From positions 36,608-100,607 of the forward strand of contig DATIYM010000007.1 of the NCBI GenBank assembly GCA_035517615.1: 64,000 nt of DNA, written 5' to 3'. The stretch is from Gemmatimonadales bacterium. GTDB taxonomy: Bacteria; Gemmatimonadota; Gemmatimonadetes; Gemmatimonadales; GWC2-71-9. The notes beneath the pieces were generated by a model. That model saw only the letters and a program-made list of their open reading frames with translations, ran no database searches and was not told the origin of the DNA. The first letter of the stretch is position 1, and every line of letters starts with the position of its first letter. Positions 8,635 to 17,001 of this stretch are shown here, in pieces. Made by a program: the position numbers and the translations under genes.

Positions 8635-9467
8635 TGCCTCACATCCAGATGACCAGAGACGGCGCGGTCGGGATCATCACGATCGATCGCCGCGAGCGCT
8701 TCAATTCGCTCGACGTCCAGACGGCTCAGGACTTCCGCAAAGCGGGATTGCAGTTCGCCCGCGACGAGACCGTCCGCTGCGTGGTGATCAGGGGCGCGGG
8801 TGGCGTGTTCTCGAGCGGCGCCGACCTCAAGTACATCCGCGAGCAGGGCGACACGCACGATTTCGGATATCTCCAGCCCGAGCAGGTCGGACCCGGCAAG
8901 GGTTTCGGCGAGAGTTTCAAGCAGATCCTCGAGTACCTGCACAGCACCATCTCCGAGATCAAGCGCGCGCCGAAGCCGTTTATTGCCGCGGTGGATGGCG
9001 TGGCCGCGGCGGGCGGATTCGGGATCGCGATGGCGTGCGACCTCGTATTCGCGTCGACGCGGGCGAGCTTCGAGTGGGCCTATCACAAGACCGCGCTGAC
9101 GGGCGCCGAGAGCTCGACGTTCTTCCTGCCGCGTCTGATCGGGCTGCGCAAGGCGATGGAGCTCGTGCTGCTGAACCCGCGCCTGTCGGCCGAACAGGCA
9201 CTCGAGTGGAAGCTCATCACCGGGGTCTTTCCCGTCGAGGATTTCGAGCGCGAGCTCGCCGGGGTCGCGCAGCGGCTCGCGGCGGGCCCCACGCGCGCCT
9301 ACGCCGTCGCCAAGAGCCTGCTCAATCAAGCCGCGGGCGTGGACCAGCTCGATTTCCACCTCGATGAGGAGTTACAGCAGCTCGCGCGAATCGCCGACAC
9401 GCCCGACTTTACGGCAGGACTACGCGCGTTCTTCGCGCGCGAAGCCGCAAAGTTCAGCGGTCAGTAA
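8631..9467 (+). CDS. Enoyl-CoA hydratase/isomerase (crotonase) family protein
   Basis: VGIITIDRRERFNSL...GAGGVFSSGADLK...AAVDGVAAAGGFGIAMACD, the crotonase oxyanion-hole pattern. Confidence 0.85.
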   Translation: MMPHIQMTRDGAVGIITIDRRERFNSLDVQTAQDFRKAGLQFARDETVRCVVIRGAGGVFSSGADLKYIREQGDTHDFGYLQPEQVGPGKGFGESFKQILEYLHSTISEIKRAPKPFIAAVDGVAAAGGFGIAMACDLVFASTRASFEWAYHKTALTGAESSTFFLPRLIGLRKAMELVLLNPRLSAEQALEWKLITGVFPVEDFERELAGVAQRLAAGPTRAYAVAKSLLNQAAGVDQLDFHLDEELQQLARIADTPDFTAGLRAFFAREAAKFSGQ

Positions 9468-9738
9468 TTCCGGCCGCTCGTTCCTTCGCAGTCGCCTTTC
9501 CGGCGGTCATCGACCGTCGGTTCGATACGAGGCCGGAAATGGCCGTGGCCGTGATTATCAGGTACATGAAGAACCCGTACACGCACGCGGGATAGCCGAA
9601 TACCGTTCCGGGAACGCCCGGCGCGGGACACGTGAACGCGCTCTGACCGAAGAGCTCGTGATAGGTGAGGACGCCGGAAAAAATCAACCCGAAGCCCGAG
9701 ATTGCGAGAATCACCTGGAGTGCGCGCCGCATCGTCAT
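9454..9738 (-). CDS. Small integral membrane protein, unknown function
   Basis: 94 aa with hydrophobic helices and two conserved-looking Cys (TCPAPG...GYPAC). Its 3' end overlaps the convergent crotonase gene by 14 nt. Confidence 0.45.
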   Translation of the reverse strand: MTMRRALQVILAISGFGLIFSGVLTYHELFGQSAFTCPAPGVPGTVFGYPACVYGFFMYLIITATAISGLVSNRRSMTAGKATAKERAAGITDR

Positions 9739-9913
9739 CTGGTTTCTCCCCCGTGAGGGTTCTGCATATCAATAGCCATCCAGGATGCCGGGCTGCATGA
9801 GAATCGCATGAACCTGCCATCAGGTTGGTGCCCCGTCTGAAGACTCCTTCATCATCCGTTCACCCACCCGTTGAACGCCTCGCGCTACACTCGAAGTGGA
9901 CACAGGAGGTCCC

Positions 9914-10324
9914 ATGGCCACGGGAGCGCATCGTCTGATGATCGCATTGCTATTCGCGCTGGCTCAAGGCGCGGTGACGGCGCCGGGCATCGAGGGACAG
10001 GTGCTCGATCCACGCGCGGGCATTTTCGTTGCGCGCGGCTGCACCGAATGCCACGGCATCTGGGCGCTGCATCTGCGCGCCAGATCGGACGTCGGGCCCG
10101 ACCTCACCTTCGCGTACGCGGACGTCCAGACACGGTTCAACGAAAACCTCGCGGCATTTCTCCACAATCCGAGCGGGGTGATGCGGCTCATGCTGGTGGA
10201 GCACGTGCACCTGAGTCTCGCGGATCGCGATTCGATCACGCACGTGCTCGAAGGGATTTATCTCGAGCACCGTGCCCAGCTCGATGATCATGCGATTCCG
10301 ATTGCCGGTGACACACCGCGGTGA
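9914..10324 (+). CDS. Exported monoheme c-type cytochrome
   Basis: AGGAGG RBS before ATG 9914. Signal-like MATGAHRLMIALLFALAQG. Single CTECH heme-binding motif. Confidence 0.7.
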   Translation: MATGAHRLMIALLFALAQGAVTAPGIEGQVLDPRAGIFVARGCTECHGIWALHLRARSDVGPDLTFAYADVQTRFNENLAAFLHNPSGVMRLMLVEHVHLSLADRDSITHVLEGIYLEHRAQLDDHAIPIAGDTPR

Positions 10325-10338
10325 CCCGAGGAGGGCGT

Positions 10339-11391
10339 ATGGCAGACGTCATGCTGCAGCCGGTCATGGAAGCGCTGGGGGAGGAGTTTCCGATCGAGGG
10401 ATCGGCGCGCGATCAGCTGCGCGCGGCCGTGAAGTACGCTATCCTCGCACCGTCGAGCCATAACAGCCAGCCGTGGGTGTTTCGGATCGGCAACGACCAT
10501 CTCGAAATGTTCGCCGATCGCTCGCGCCGCCTGCCGGTAGTCGATCCCGACGACCGCGAGCTCGTGATCAGCTGCGGGGGCGCATTGTTCATGCTGCGCC
10601 TCGCGCTCAGGAACTTCGGGATCGGTGAACACACGGAGCTGCTGCCCGATCCCGCAAAGCCGGACTTGCTGGCGCGCGTTCGGATCGGTGGCAGTGCCGC
10701 GCCCTCGGATGTCGAGCACGCCTTGTTCACCGCGATTCGGCTGCGCCACACGGATCGGTCGGCCTACGAGACGAGAAGTGTTCCTCCCGAGCTGCTGCAC
10801 GCACTCGCGAGCGCCGCGGAGCGCGAGGGCGCGTGGCTGGTCACGATCGACGATCCGAGCATCCGCGGGCATGTGGCCGACCTCGTCGGCCTGGCCGACC
10901 GCGTCCAGATGGCGGATGTCGAATTCCGCCGGGAGCTGGCCAAATGGCTGCGTCCCAATGTCACGCGCCGACACGATGGTATGCCGGGATACGCGCTCGG
11001 GAGAGGTGGTTTCGCGTCGATCACGCACCCGCTCGTAATCCGCCGGTTCGACGTGGGCGGGGGTCAGGCCGCGGGAGACGAAGAGCTGGTGCGCGGATCG
11101 CCGACGCTGAGCGTGCTCGGTACGGCGGGCGAGCATCCGAGGGCATGGCTGTCGTGCGGTCAGGCGCTGGCTCATGTTCTCCTGCGGGCGCAGGTTGAAG
11201 GCGTAACGGCGTCGTTCCTGAATCAGCCGATCGAGGTGACGCGCGTCCGTCGGCTGCTCGAGATGATCGTGGGCCACGTGGGGCACGTGCAGCTTCTGCT
11301 CCGGCTCGGCTACAGCACGCATTCCCAGCTGCGTCCCACGCCGCGGCGTCCGATTGCGGACGTGATCGATTCGGTGGAAGGCGCCGCATGA
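10339..11391 (+). CDS. Acg-family (double nitroreductase-fold) FMN-binding oxidoreductase
   Basis: About 350 aa. AILAPSSHNSQPWVFRI...LEMFADRSRRLPVVDPDDRELVISCGGALFMLRLALRNFG resembles the Acg/Rv3131 family. GAGGAGGG RBS before ATG 10339. Confidence 0.7.
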   Translation: MADVMLQPVMEALGEEFPIEGSARDQLRAAVKYAILAPSSHNSQPWVFRIGNDHLEMFADRSRRLPVVDPDDRELVISCGGALFMLRLALRNFGIGEHTELLPDPAKPDLLARVRIGGSAAPSDVEHALFTAIRLRHTDRSAYETRSVPPELLHALASAAEREGAWLVTIDDPSIRGHVADLVGLADRVQMADVEFRRELAKWLRPNVTRRHDGMPGYALGRGGFASITHPLVIRRFDVGGGQAAGDEELVRGSPTLSVLGTAGEHPRAWLSCGQALAHVLLRAQVEGVTASFLNQPIEVTRVRRLLEMIVGHVGHVQLLLRLGYSTHSQLRPTPRRPIADVIDSVEGAA

Positions 11392-12158
11392 ATCGAGTAG
11401 CGGGCAAGGTGGCACTGGTCACGGGTGCCGCGATGGGAATCGGCCGAGCCTGTGCCGGGCTGCTTGCGGCCGAGGCTGCGAGTGTATTCCTGACCGACCT
11501 CGATCGCGATCAGGGCGAGCAAGCGGCGCGCGAGCTGTGCGGGTCCGGCCGGAACGCGCGGTTTCTGCCGCACGATGTCTCGAGTGAATCCGATTGGGAT
11601 CGCGTGATGCAGGCGGTCGTCTCGCAGTGCGGACGACTCGACATCCTGGTCAACAACGCCGGGATCGGCGTCACGGGTGACGTGGAGCACACCACGCTCG
11701 AGTCGTGGCACCGCGTGCTGCGGGTGAATCTCGACGGCGTGTTTCTCGGCACGCGCGCGGGGGTGCAGGCGATGCGCGCGACGGGGAACGGGTCGATCGT
11801 GAACATATCGTCCATCGAGGGTCTGATCGGCGATCCCGATCTCGCGGCCTACAACGCGAGCAAGGGGGCGGTGCGGCTCCTGACCAAATCGGCCGCTCTG
11901 TACTGCGCGAGGGAGAAGCTCGCGATCCGGGTCAACTCGGTTCATCCCGGATACATCAAGACGCCAATGGTCGAGAACGCGATGCGAGCAGCTCCGGACC
12001 CTGACGGGATGCGGCGGCATCTCGAAAGCCTGCATCCCGTGGGTCACCTGGGTGAACCCGACGACGTCGCTTATGGCGTACTGTATCTCGCATCCGATGA
12101 AGCAAAGTTCGTTACCGGCTCCGAGCTGGTGATCGACGGCGGCTACACGGCACAGTGA
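11388..12158 (+). CDS. Short-chain dehydrogenase/reductase (SDR)
   Basis: ATGA overlap with the upstream gene. TGAAMGIG cofactor motif, NNAG, and the YNASKGAV catalytic Tyr-x3-Lys. Confidence 0.88.
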   Translation: MNRVAGKVALVTGAAMGIGRACAGLLAAEAASVFLTDLDRDQGEQAARELCGSGRNARFLPHDVSSESDWDRVMQAVVSQCGRLDILVNNAGIGVTGDVEHTTLESWHRVLRVNLDGVFLGTRAGVQAMRATGNGSIVNISSIEGLIGDPDLAAYNASKGAVRLLTKSAALYCAREKLAIRVNSVHPGYIKTPMVENAMRAAPDPDGMRRHLESLHPVGHLGEPDDVAYGVLYLASDEAKFVTGSELVIDGGYTAQ

Positions 12159-12159
12159 G

Positions 12160-13449
12160 TTGACCATGCTCCAGCTCGATACGACGGCGGCGAGTGAGCT
12201 CGCGGTCGCGGCGTTGGCGGGGCTTGCGGTCGGAATCGAGCGCGAGTGGTCGGGCCATGCGAGTGGGCCGGGAGCGCGGTTCGCGGGCGCTCGCACGTTT
12301 CTCCTGCTCGGCATCCTGGGCGGCCTCGCGGGCTGGCTGATCGGCGGTGGCGAGCTCGCGGCCGGTGTGGCATTACTCGCGGCGGGGTGCGCGTTGACGG
12401 TGGCGGCGTACATCATGACCGCCCGGCTGCCGGCCCTGAATCCGGAAGCGCCGAGCGTCGAAGGGACGACAGAGGTCGCCGCGCTTCTCGTGCTCGGTCT
12501 TGGTATGGTGGCCGGGCTCGGCTTCCCGCTCCTCACCAGTGCCGTCGTGTCGGTGATGGTGCTGGCGCTCATCGAGAAGACCAGGATCCACGGCGCAATC
12601 CGGCAGCTCGGCGAAACGGAATTTGCCGCGGCGCTGCAATTCGCCGTGCTCGCGCTCGTCGTCCTGCCGCTACTCCCCGAAGGTCCATACGGGCCGTACG
12701 GCAGCATCCGCCCCCGCGCATTGTGGACAGCGGTCTTGCTGTTCTCCGCGATCAATTTCGCGGGGTACGTCGCGCGCCGCGCGGTCGGGCTCCGTCGTGG
12801 CTATCGGCTTACCGGGCTCGTGGGCGGTCTGGTCTCGAGCACGGCGGTTACGCTGAGCTTCTCGCGTGAAAGCCGTGCTGAGCCGGCGGCGGGTTGGGCG
12901 CTCGCGTCGGGGGTCATCGGGGCCTGCACGGTGTTGTGCATTCGCGTGCTGGTTTTTTCGGGACTGCTCAACGGGCCGGTGGCCGTGACTCTGGTGCCGT
13001 ACGTCATTCCGGTGCTGCTCGTGGGCGCGGGACTGGTTGCGCTGGCGCTCCGCCGCCCGGAGCCGGATCAGGAGCCTTCCGGCGCTCTCGTTCTCAAGAG
13101 TCCGCTCGGGCTCTGGGCGGCGATCAAGATGGCCGCCGCGTTCCAGCTCGTGCTGATCGTGGTGCCCTATGTCCAGGAATTGTGGGGACCGACCGCGGTC
13201 AATGCCACGGCGGCGCTGCTCGGACTCACGGACATGGACGCGTTGACCTATGCCATGACACGGCTGGCCCCGGAACATGCAACCGCCGCGGCCGCGGCGC
13301 AGGGAATCGCGGTGGGGATTCTCTCGAACACGGTGTTCAAGCTGGCCATTGCGCTCGTGCTGGGGGTGGGGGCATACCGAAAGGTGGCGGGCTCGGGCCT
13401 GCTCGCTCTCGCGGCTGCGAGCGGCATCGGGTTATGGATTGTTCATTAG
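12160..13449 (+). CDS. MgtC/SapB-family membrane protein with DUF4010-type C-terminal extension
   Basis: 429 aa polytopic protein with N-terminal GLAVGIEREW (MgtC signature). Starts 2 nt after the SDR stop. Confidence 0.6.
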   Translation: MTMLQLDTTAASELAVAALAGLAVGIEREWSGHASGPGARFAGARTFLLLGILGGLAGWLIGGGELAAGVALLAAGCALTVAAYIMTARLPALNPEAPSVEGTTEVAALLVLGLGMVAGLGFPLLTSAVVSVMVLALIEKTRIHGAIRQLGETEFAAALQFAVLALVVLPLLPEGPYGPYGSIRPRALWTAVLLFSAINFAGYVARRAVGLRRGYRLTGLVGGLVSSTAVTLSFSRESRAEPAAGWALASGVIGACTVLCIRVLVFSGLLNGPVAVTLVPYVIPVLLVGAGLVALALRRPEPDQEPSGALVLKSPLGLWAAIKMAAAFQLVLIVVPYVQELWGPTAVNATAALLGLTDMDALTYAMTRLAPEHATAAAAAQGIAVGILSNTVFKLAIALVLGVGAYRKVAGSGLLALAAASGIGLWIVH

Positions 13450-13467
13450 CCCCTTAGCTTCCCTGCT

Positions 13468-13737
13468 ATGAGCCGACCCGATCTGCATCAGCTCCTCACG
13501 GAGCTGCACGAGCAGCTGCTCGAAGCCCGCTCGGTCGATCCCAAGGACCAGGCGCTGTTGCGTCACTTGGCCGAGGACATTCGCGCGCTGACAGCTGCGC
13601 GTCCCACTGCTCCTCCCGAGTATCCGATCATTCGGCAACGTCTGATGGACGGGGTGTCAGCCTTCGATGCGTCGCATCCGCAACTTGCCAGGGCGCTGGC
13701 GAACCTGATCGATACGCTCGCGCTGTACAACATCTAA
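13468..13737 (+). CDS. Small helical protein (DUF4404-like)
   Basis: 89 aa: MSRPDLHQLLTELHEQLLEARSVDPKDQALLRHL... The family assignment is from memory of this pattern only. Confidence 0.4.
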   Translation: MSRPDLHQLLTELHEQLLEARSVDPKDQALLRHLAEDIRALTAARPTAPPEYPIIRQRLMDGVSAFDASHPQLARALANLIDTLALYNI

Positions 13738-14513
13738 AAGCGGTCCGTGCGCTGCTTTCCCACGGCCGTGACGAGAAACAGTCCCGCCGCAATCGCAATG
13801 ATGAGGGGTCCACTTTCCTTCCCCCAGCGGTTGGCGAGCCATAAGCCGGCCAACGTGGACGCCAGGGCCACGATCACCGAGATGGTGAACATGCCCGTCA
13901 GATCCCGCGCGAGCCGGCGCGCGGTCGCGGCGGGAATGATGATCAACGAGCCCATCAACAGCACGCCCAGGTAGCGCAAACCCAACGCGATCGTGAACGC
14001 GAACGCGAGCAGGTAGAGCAGGTTCAACCGCGGCACGTTGATCCCGGTCGTGAGGGCGACGTCGGGTGAGAGCAGTGTGACGATCATGCGATCGCGCGCG
14101 GCGATCACGAACACGATGACGGCCGCCGCTCCCATTATGCCCGTTGCCACTTCCCACGTCGGGAGGGTTCCGGGGCCCCCGAACAGCGCATCCATCAGCT
14201 GGTCGCCGCTCGTGACCAGCGCGCCGATGGCCAGCGCGCTGGAGAACACAACGCCGATGATCGTTTCGGTCGCGAGATGGGTGCGGCGCTCGAGCGCCCA
14301 AATGAGGATGGCGCCGAGGCAGAGTGCCACGAGCGCGCCCATGACGGGATGCAGCCGCAGCAGCAGGGCGAGCCCGATTCCCGGCAGCGCCACGTGCGAC
14401 AGCGCGTCAGCGGCGAGCGTCATGCGCCGCATCAGGGCGAAGCAGCCGAGCAGCCCCGCCGCGACGGCCATGGAGGCCGAAAGCACGATGGCGCTAGGAG
14501 GCAGAGTGGTCAT
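13734..14513 (-). CDS. Metal (Zn/Mn-type) ABC transporter permease, ABC-3 family
   Basis: 259 aa polytopic protein with ZnuB/MntB-like sequence (DALSHVALPGIGLALL). Confidence 0.75.
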   Translation of the reverse strand: MTTLPPSAIVLSASMAVAAGLLGCFALMRRMTLAADALSHVALPGIGLALLLRLHPVMGALVALCLGAILIWALERRTHLATETIIGVVFSSALAIGALVTSGDQLMDALFGGPGTLPTWEVATGIMGAAAVIVFVIAARDRMIVTLLSPDVALTTGINVPRLNLLYLLAFAFTIALGLRYLGVLLMGSLIIIPAATARRLARDLTGMFTISVIVALASTLAGLWLANRWGKESGPLIIAIAAGLFLVTAVGKQRTDRF

Positions 14514-15207
14514 GAGTGTAGAAGCTCAGGGGCGTGCCGTAGACTTGCGAGAGGAGCGTGGGCGTCAGCACCTGACGAGGATTCCCGAAGCAGGTGTGCT
14601 CGGGCGAGAGGCAGAGCACGTTGGTCGCATGCTGCGAGACGATGTTGACCTCGTGCGAGATCATGAGCACGGTAACCCCGTGCTCCGTGCGAAGGCGGTG
14701 CACGGTCTCGTACAGCTGTTCCTGGCCGGGCTCGTCCACGCCGGCGGTCGCTTCGTCGAGCAAGAGGACGGTGGGCCTGCCGAGCATGGCGAACGCGATC
14801 AGCAGGCGCTGAAACTGCCCGCCCGACAGGGTGCCGATCAGACTCCCCGTCACGTCGCTCGAGATTCCCACGCTCTCGAGCGCTTGCTCGACGTCGCTGC
14901 GCGACGCGTGGGCGAGGCGCGCGCGCGCCCGGAGCAGATCGCCGCCCGTGATCGGGAGGTCGCGTTCGAGATCGAGCTTTTGCGGCACATAGCCGAGGCG
15001 GGTGTTCGGCGCCCAGCGGATGGTGCCCGCATGGGGGATGGCGCCGACCAGCGCGCGAAACAGCACCGTCTTGCCCGAACCGTTCGGGCCGATAACGGCG
15101 AGCGTCGATCCTTCAGGGACCGCAAAGGAGAGATCGTTCAGCACTTCGAGGGATCCGAAGCGCACCGTCAAATGCTCGACGGTGAGCGCGGGGGTTGGAG
15201 CGGTCAT
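14494..15207 (-). CDS. Metal ABC transporter ATP-binding protein (ZnuC-like)
   Basis: Walker A GPNGSGKT, signature LSGGQFQR, Walker B LLLDEA. Overlaps the permease gene by 20 nt. Confidence 0.8.
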   Translation of the reverse strand: MTAPTPALTVEHLTVRFGSLEVLNDLSFAVPEGSTLAVIGPNGSGKTVLFRALVGAIPHAGTIRWAPNTRLGYVPQKLDLERDLPITGGDLLRARARLAHASRSDVEQALESVGISSDVTGSLIGTLSGGQFQRLLIAFAMLGRPTVLLLDEATAGVDEPGQEQLYETVHRLRTEHGVTVLMISHEVNIVSQHATNVLCLSPEHTCFGNPRQVLTPTLLSQVYGTPLSFYTHDHSAS

Positions 15208-15243
15208 ATGCTGTAATCTACCGGGCGACGGTTAGATTGCCGC

Positions 15244-17001
15244 GTGCGCTTCGCCACGCTCGCGGAAACCTTCTCCCGGCTCGAAGCGAGCGGCCGCCGC
15301 CTCGCCGCGCTCGAGATCATCACCCGGCTGTTCGCCGCGGCGTCGCATACCGAGCTCCGGGACATCGTGTATCTGCTCCAGGGCCGCCTCCGCCCGCCCT
15401 ACGAGCCGATCGAATTCGGCGTGGGCGAGGCGCTCCTCATCCGCACCATTGCCCGAGCGAGCGGCGCGGCCCCAGCCCAGGTGGTGCAGCGGTTCAAGCG
15501 GACGGGCGATCTGGGGCTTGCCGCCGAATCTCTGCTGGAACGTCCACGCAGCGGATCGCGGAAGCGCGTGCTTCACGTCCGGGAAGCGTACGAGTCATTG
15601 TACGCCATCGCGGTCACGGGCGGTGCAGGGTCCGTCGAGCAGAAGACGCGGCTCGCCGAAGCGCTGTTGCGACGCGCGGCCCCGCTCGAGGCGCGCTATC
15701 TCGTGCGCATCATCCAGGGACGCCTGCGCCTCGGGATTGGAGACGCCACGCTGCTCGAAGCCGCCGCGCTCGGGGCGCTTGGCGACCGGAGCAAGAAGCC
15801 GCTGCTCGAACACGCGTACAACGTCCGATCCGATCTTGGTGGCGTGATCGCGCTCGCCTACCGGTCGGGCGCCAGAGCGCTGCACCGGGTAACGCCGCAA
15901 GTGGGCGTCCCCGTTCGTCCCGAGCTGGCCCAGCGCCTCGCGTCGGCTACCGCGATCGTCGCACGGCTGGGCACGGTTGACGCAGAGCCCAAATACGACG
16001 GATTCCGGCTGCAGCTGCACCGCGACGGCGCACGTACCTGGGCATTCTCGCGCCGGCTCGAAAACGTGTCCGCGATGTTTCCCGATCTCACCAACGCGCT
16101 GCGCCGGCAGCTCACGGTGCGCAAAGCGATCCTCGAAGGCGAGGCAGTGGTGTACGATCCGGAGAATCGCCGGTTCCAGTCATTCCAGGTGACCATCAGC
16201 CGAAAACGGAAACACGATGTTGCGGGAGCCGCCAAGCGCCTGCCGCTCCGGCTGTTCGCGTTCGACCTGCTGTATGCGGGTGAGCGCAGCTACCTGGCGG
16301 AGCCGTTACGGGTGCGGCACCGCCGGCTGGCCCAGATCGTCCGGGGCGGACGCCGCGATCCACTCGTCGTCACGGAAGTCACGACGACATCCAACCCCGC
16401 CGAGCTGGAAGCGTACTTCACCAGAATGCTCGCTCAGGGTCTCGAAGGGATCGTTGCGAAACGCCCCGATGCGCCGTACCGGGCCGGCGCCCGCGGATTC
16501 GATTGGGTGAAGCTGAAGCGCTCCTATCAGTCCAAGTTGCGTGACACGATCGACGTCGTGCTCATCGGTTACCTGACCGGTCGGGGCAAGCGGGTGGCGC
16601 TGGGCGTCGGTTCGCTGCTCGGCGCCGTCTACGACCCCGCGCATGATCGCTTCCGCACGGTCGCCAAGATCGGGTCCGGTCTCACGGAGGCGGGATGGAA
16701 ATCGCTCAGGGCCACGCTCGACCGGGACGCGCGCCCGACCAAGCCCGCGCGGGTCGACTCGCTGATCATTCCCGACGTCTGGGTCGAACCGCGCGTCGTG
16801 GTCGAAGTGCTGGCGGACGAGATCACGCGCTCGCCGCGCCACACCGCCGGACGACATGAGGGCGAACCGGGGTACGCCCTGCGGTTCCCGCGTCTGCTCA
16901 ATATTCGAACCGACAAGGGGCCTGAGGACGCGACCACCGAGGCGGAGGTGGTCAGGATGTACGGAATGCAGGGAGGTAGCACTCGTTCACGTACTGTTTG
17001 A
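15244..17001 (+). CDS. ATP-dependent DNA ligase with N-terminal DNA-binding domain (archaeal/eukaryal-like)
   Basis: GTG start. 585 aa. Adenylation motif I EPKYDGFR, EGIVAK, and the OB-fold tail FPR. Confidence 0.85.
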   Translation: MRFATLAETFSRLEASGRRLAALEIITRLFAAASHTELRDIVYLLQGRLRPPYEPIEFGVGEALLIRTIARASGAAPAQVVQRFKRTGDLGLAAESLLERPRSGSRKRVLHVREAYESLYAIAVTGGAGSVEQKTRLAEALLRRAAPLEARYLVRIIQGRLRLGIGDATLLEAAALGALGDRSKKPLLEHAYNVRSDLGGVIALAYRSGARALHRVTPQVGVPVRPELAQRLASATAIVARLGTVDAEPKYDGFRLQLHRDGARTWAFSRRLENVSAMFPDLTNALRRQLTVRKAILEGEAVVYDPENRRFQSFQVTISRKRKHDVAGAAKRLPLRLFAFDLLYAGERSYLAEPLRVRHRRLAQIVRGGRRDPLVVTEVTTTSNPAELEAYFTRMLAQGLEGIVAKRPDAPYRAGARGFDWVKLKRSYQSKLRDTIDVVLIGYLTGRGKRVALGVGSLLGAVYDPAHDRFRTVAKIGSGLTEAGWKSLRATLDRDARPTKPARVDSLIIPDVWVEPRVVVEVLADEITRSPRHTAGRHEGEPGYALRFPRLLNIRTDKGPEDATTEAEVVRMYGMQGGSTRSRTV

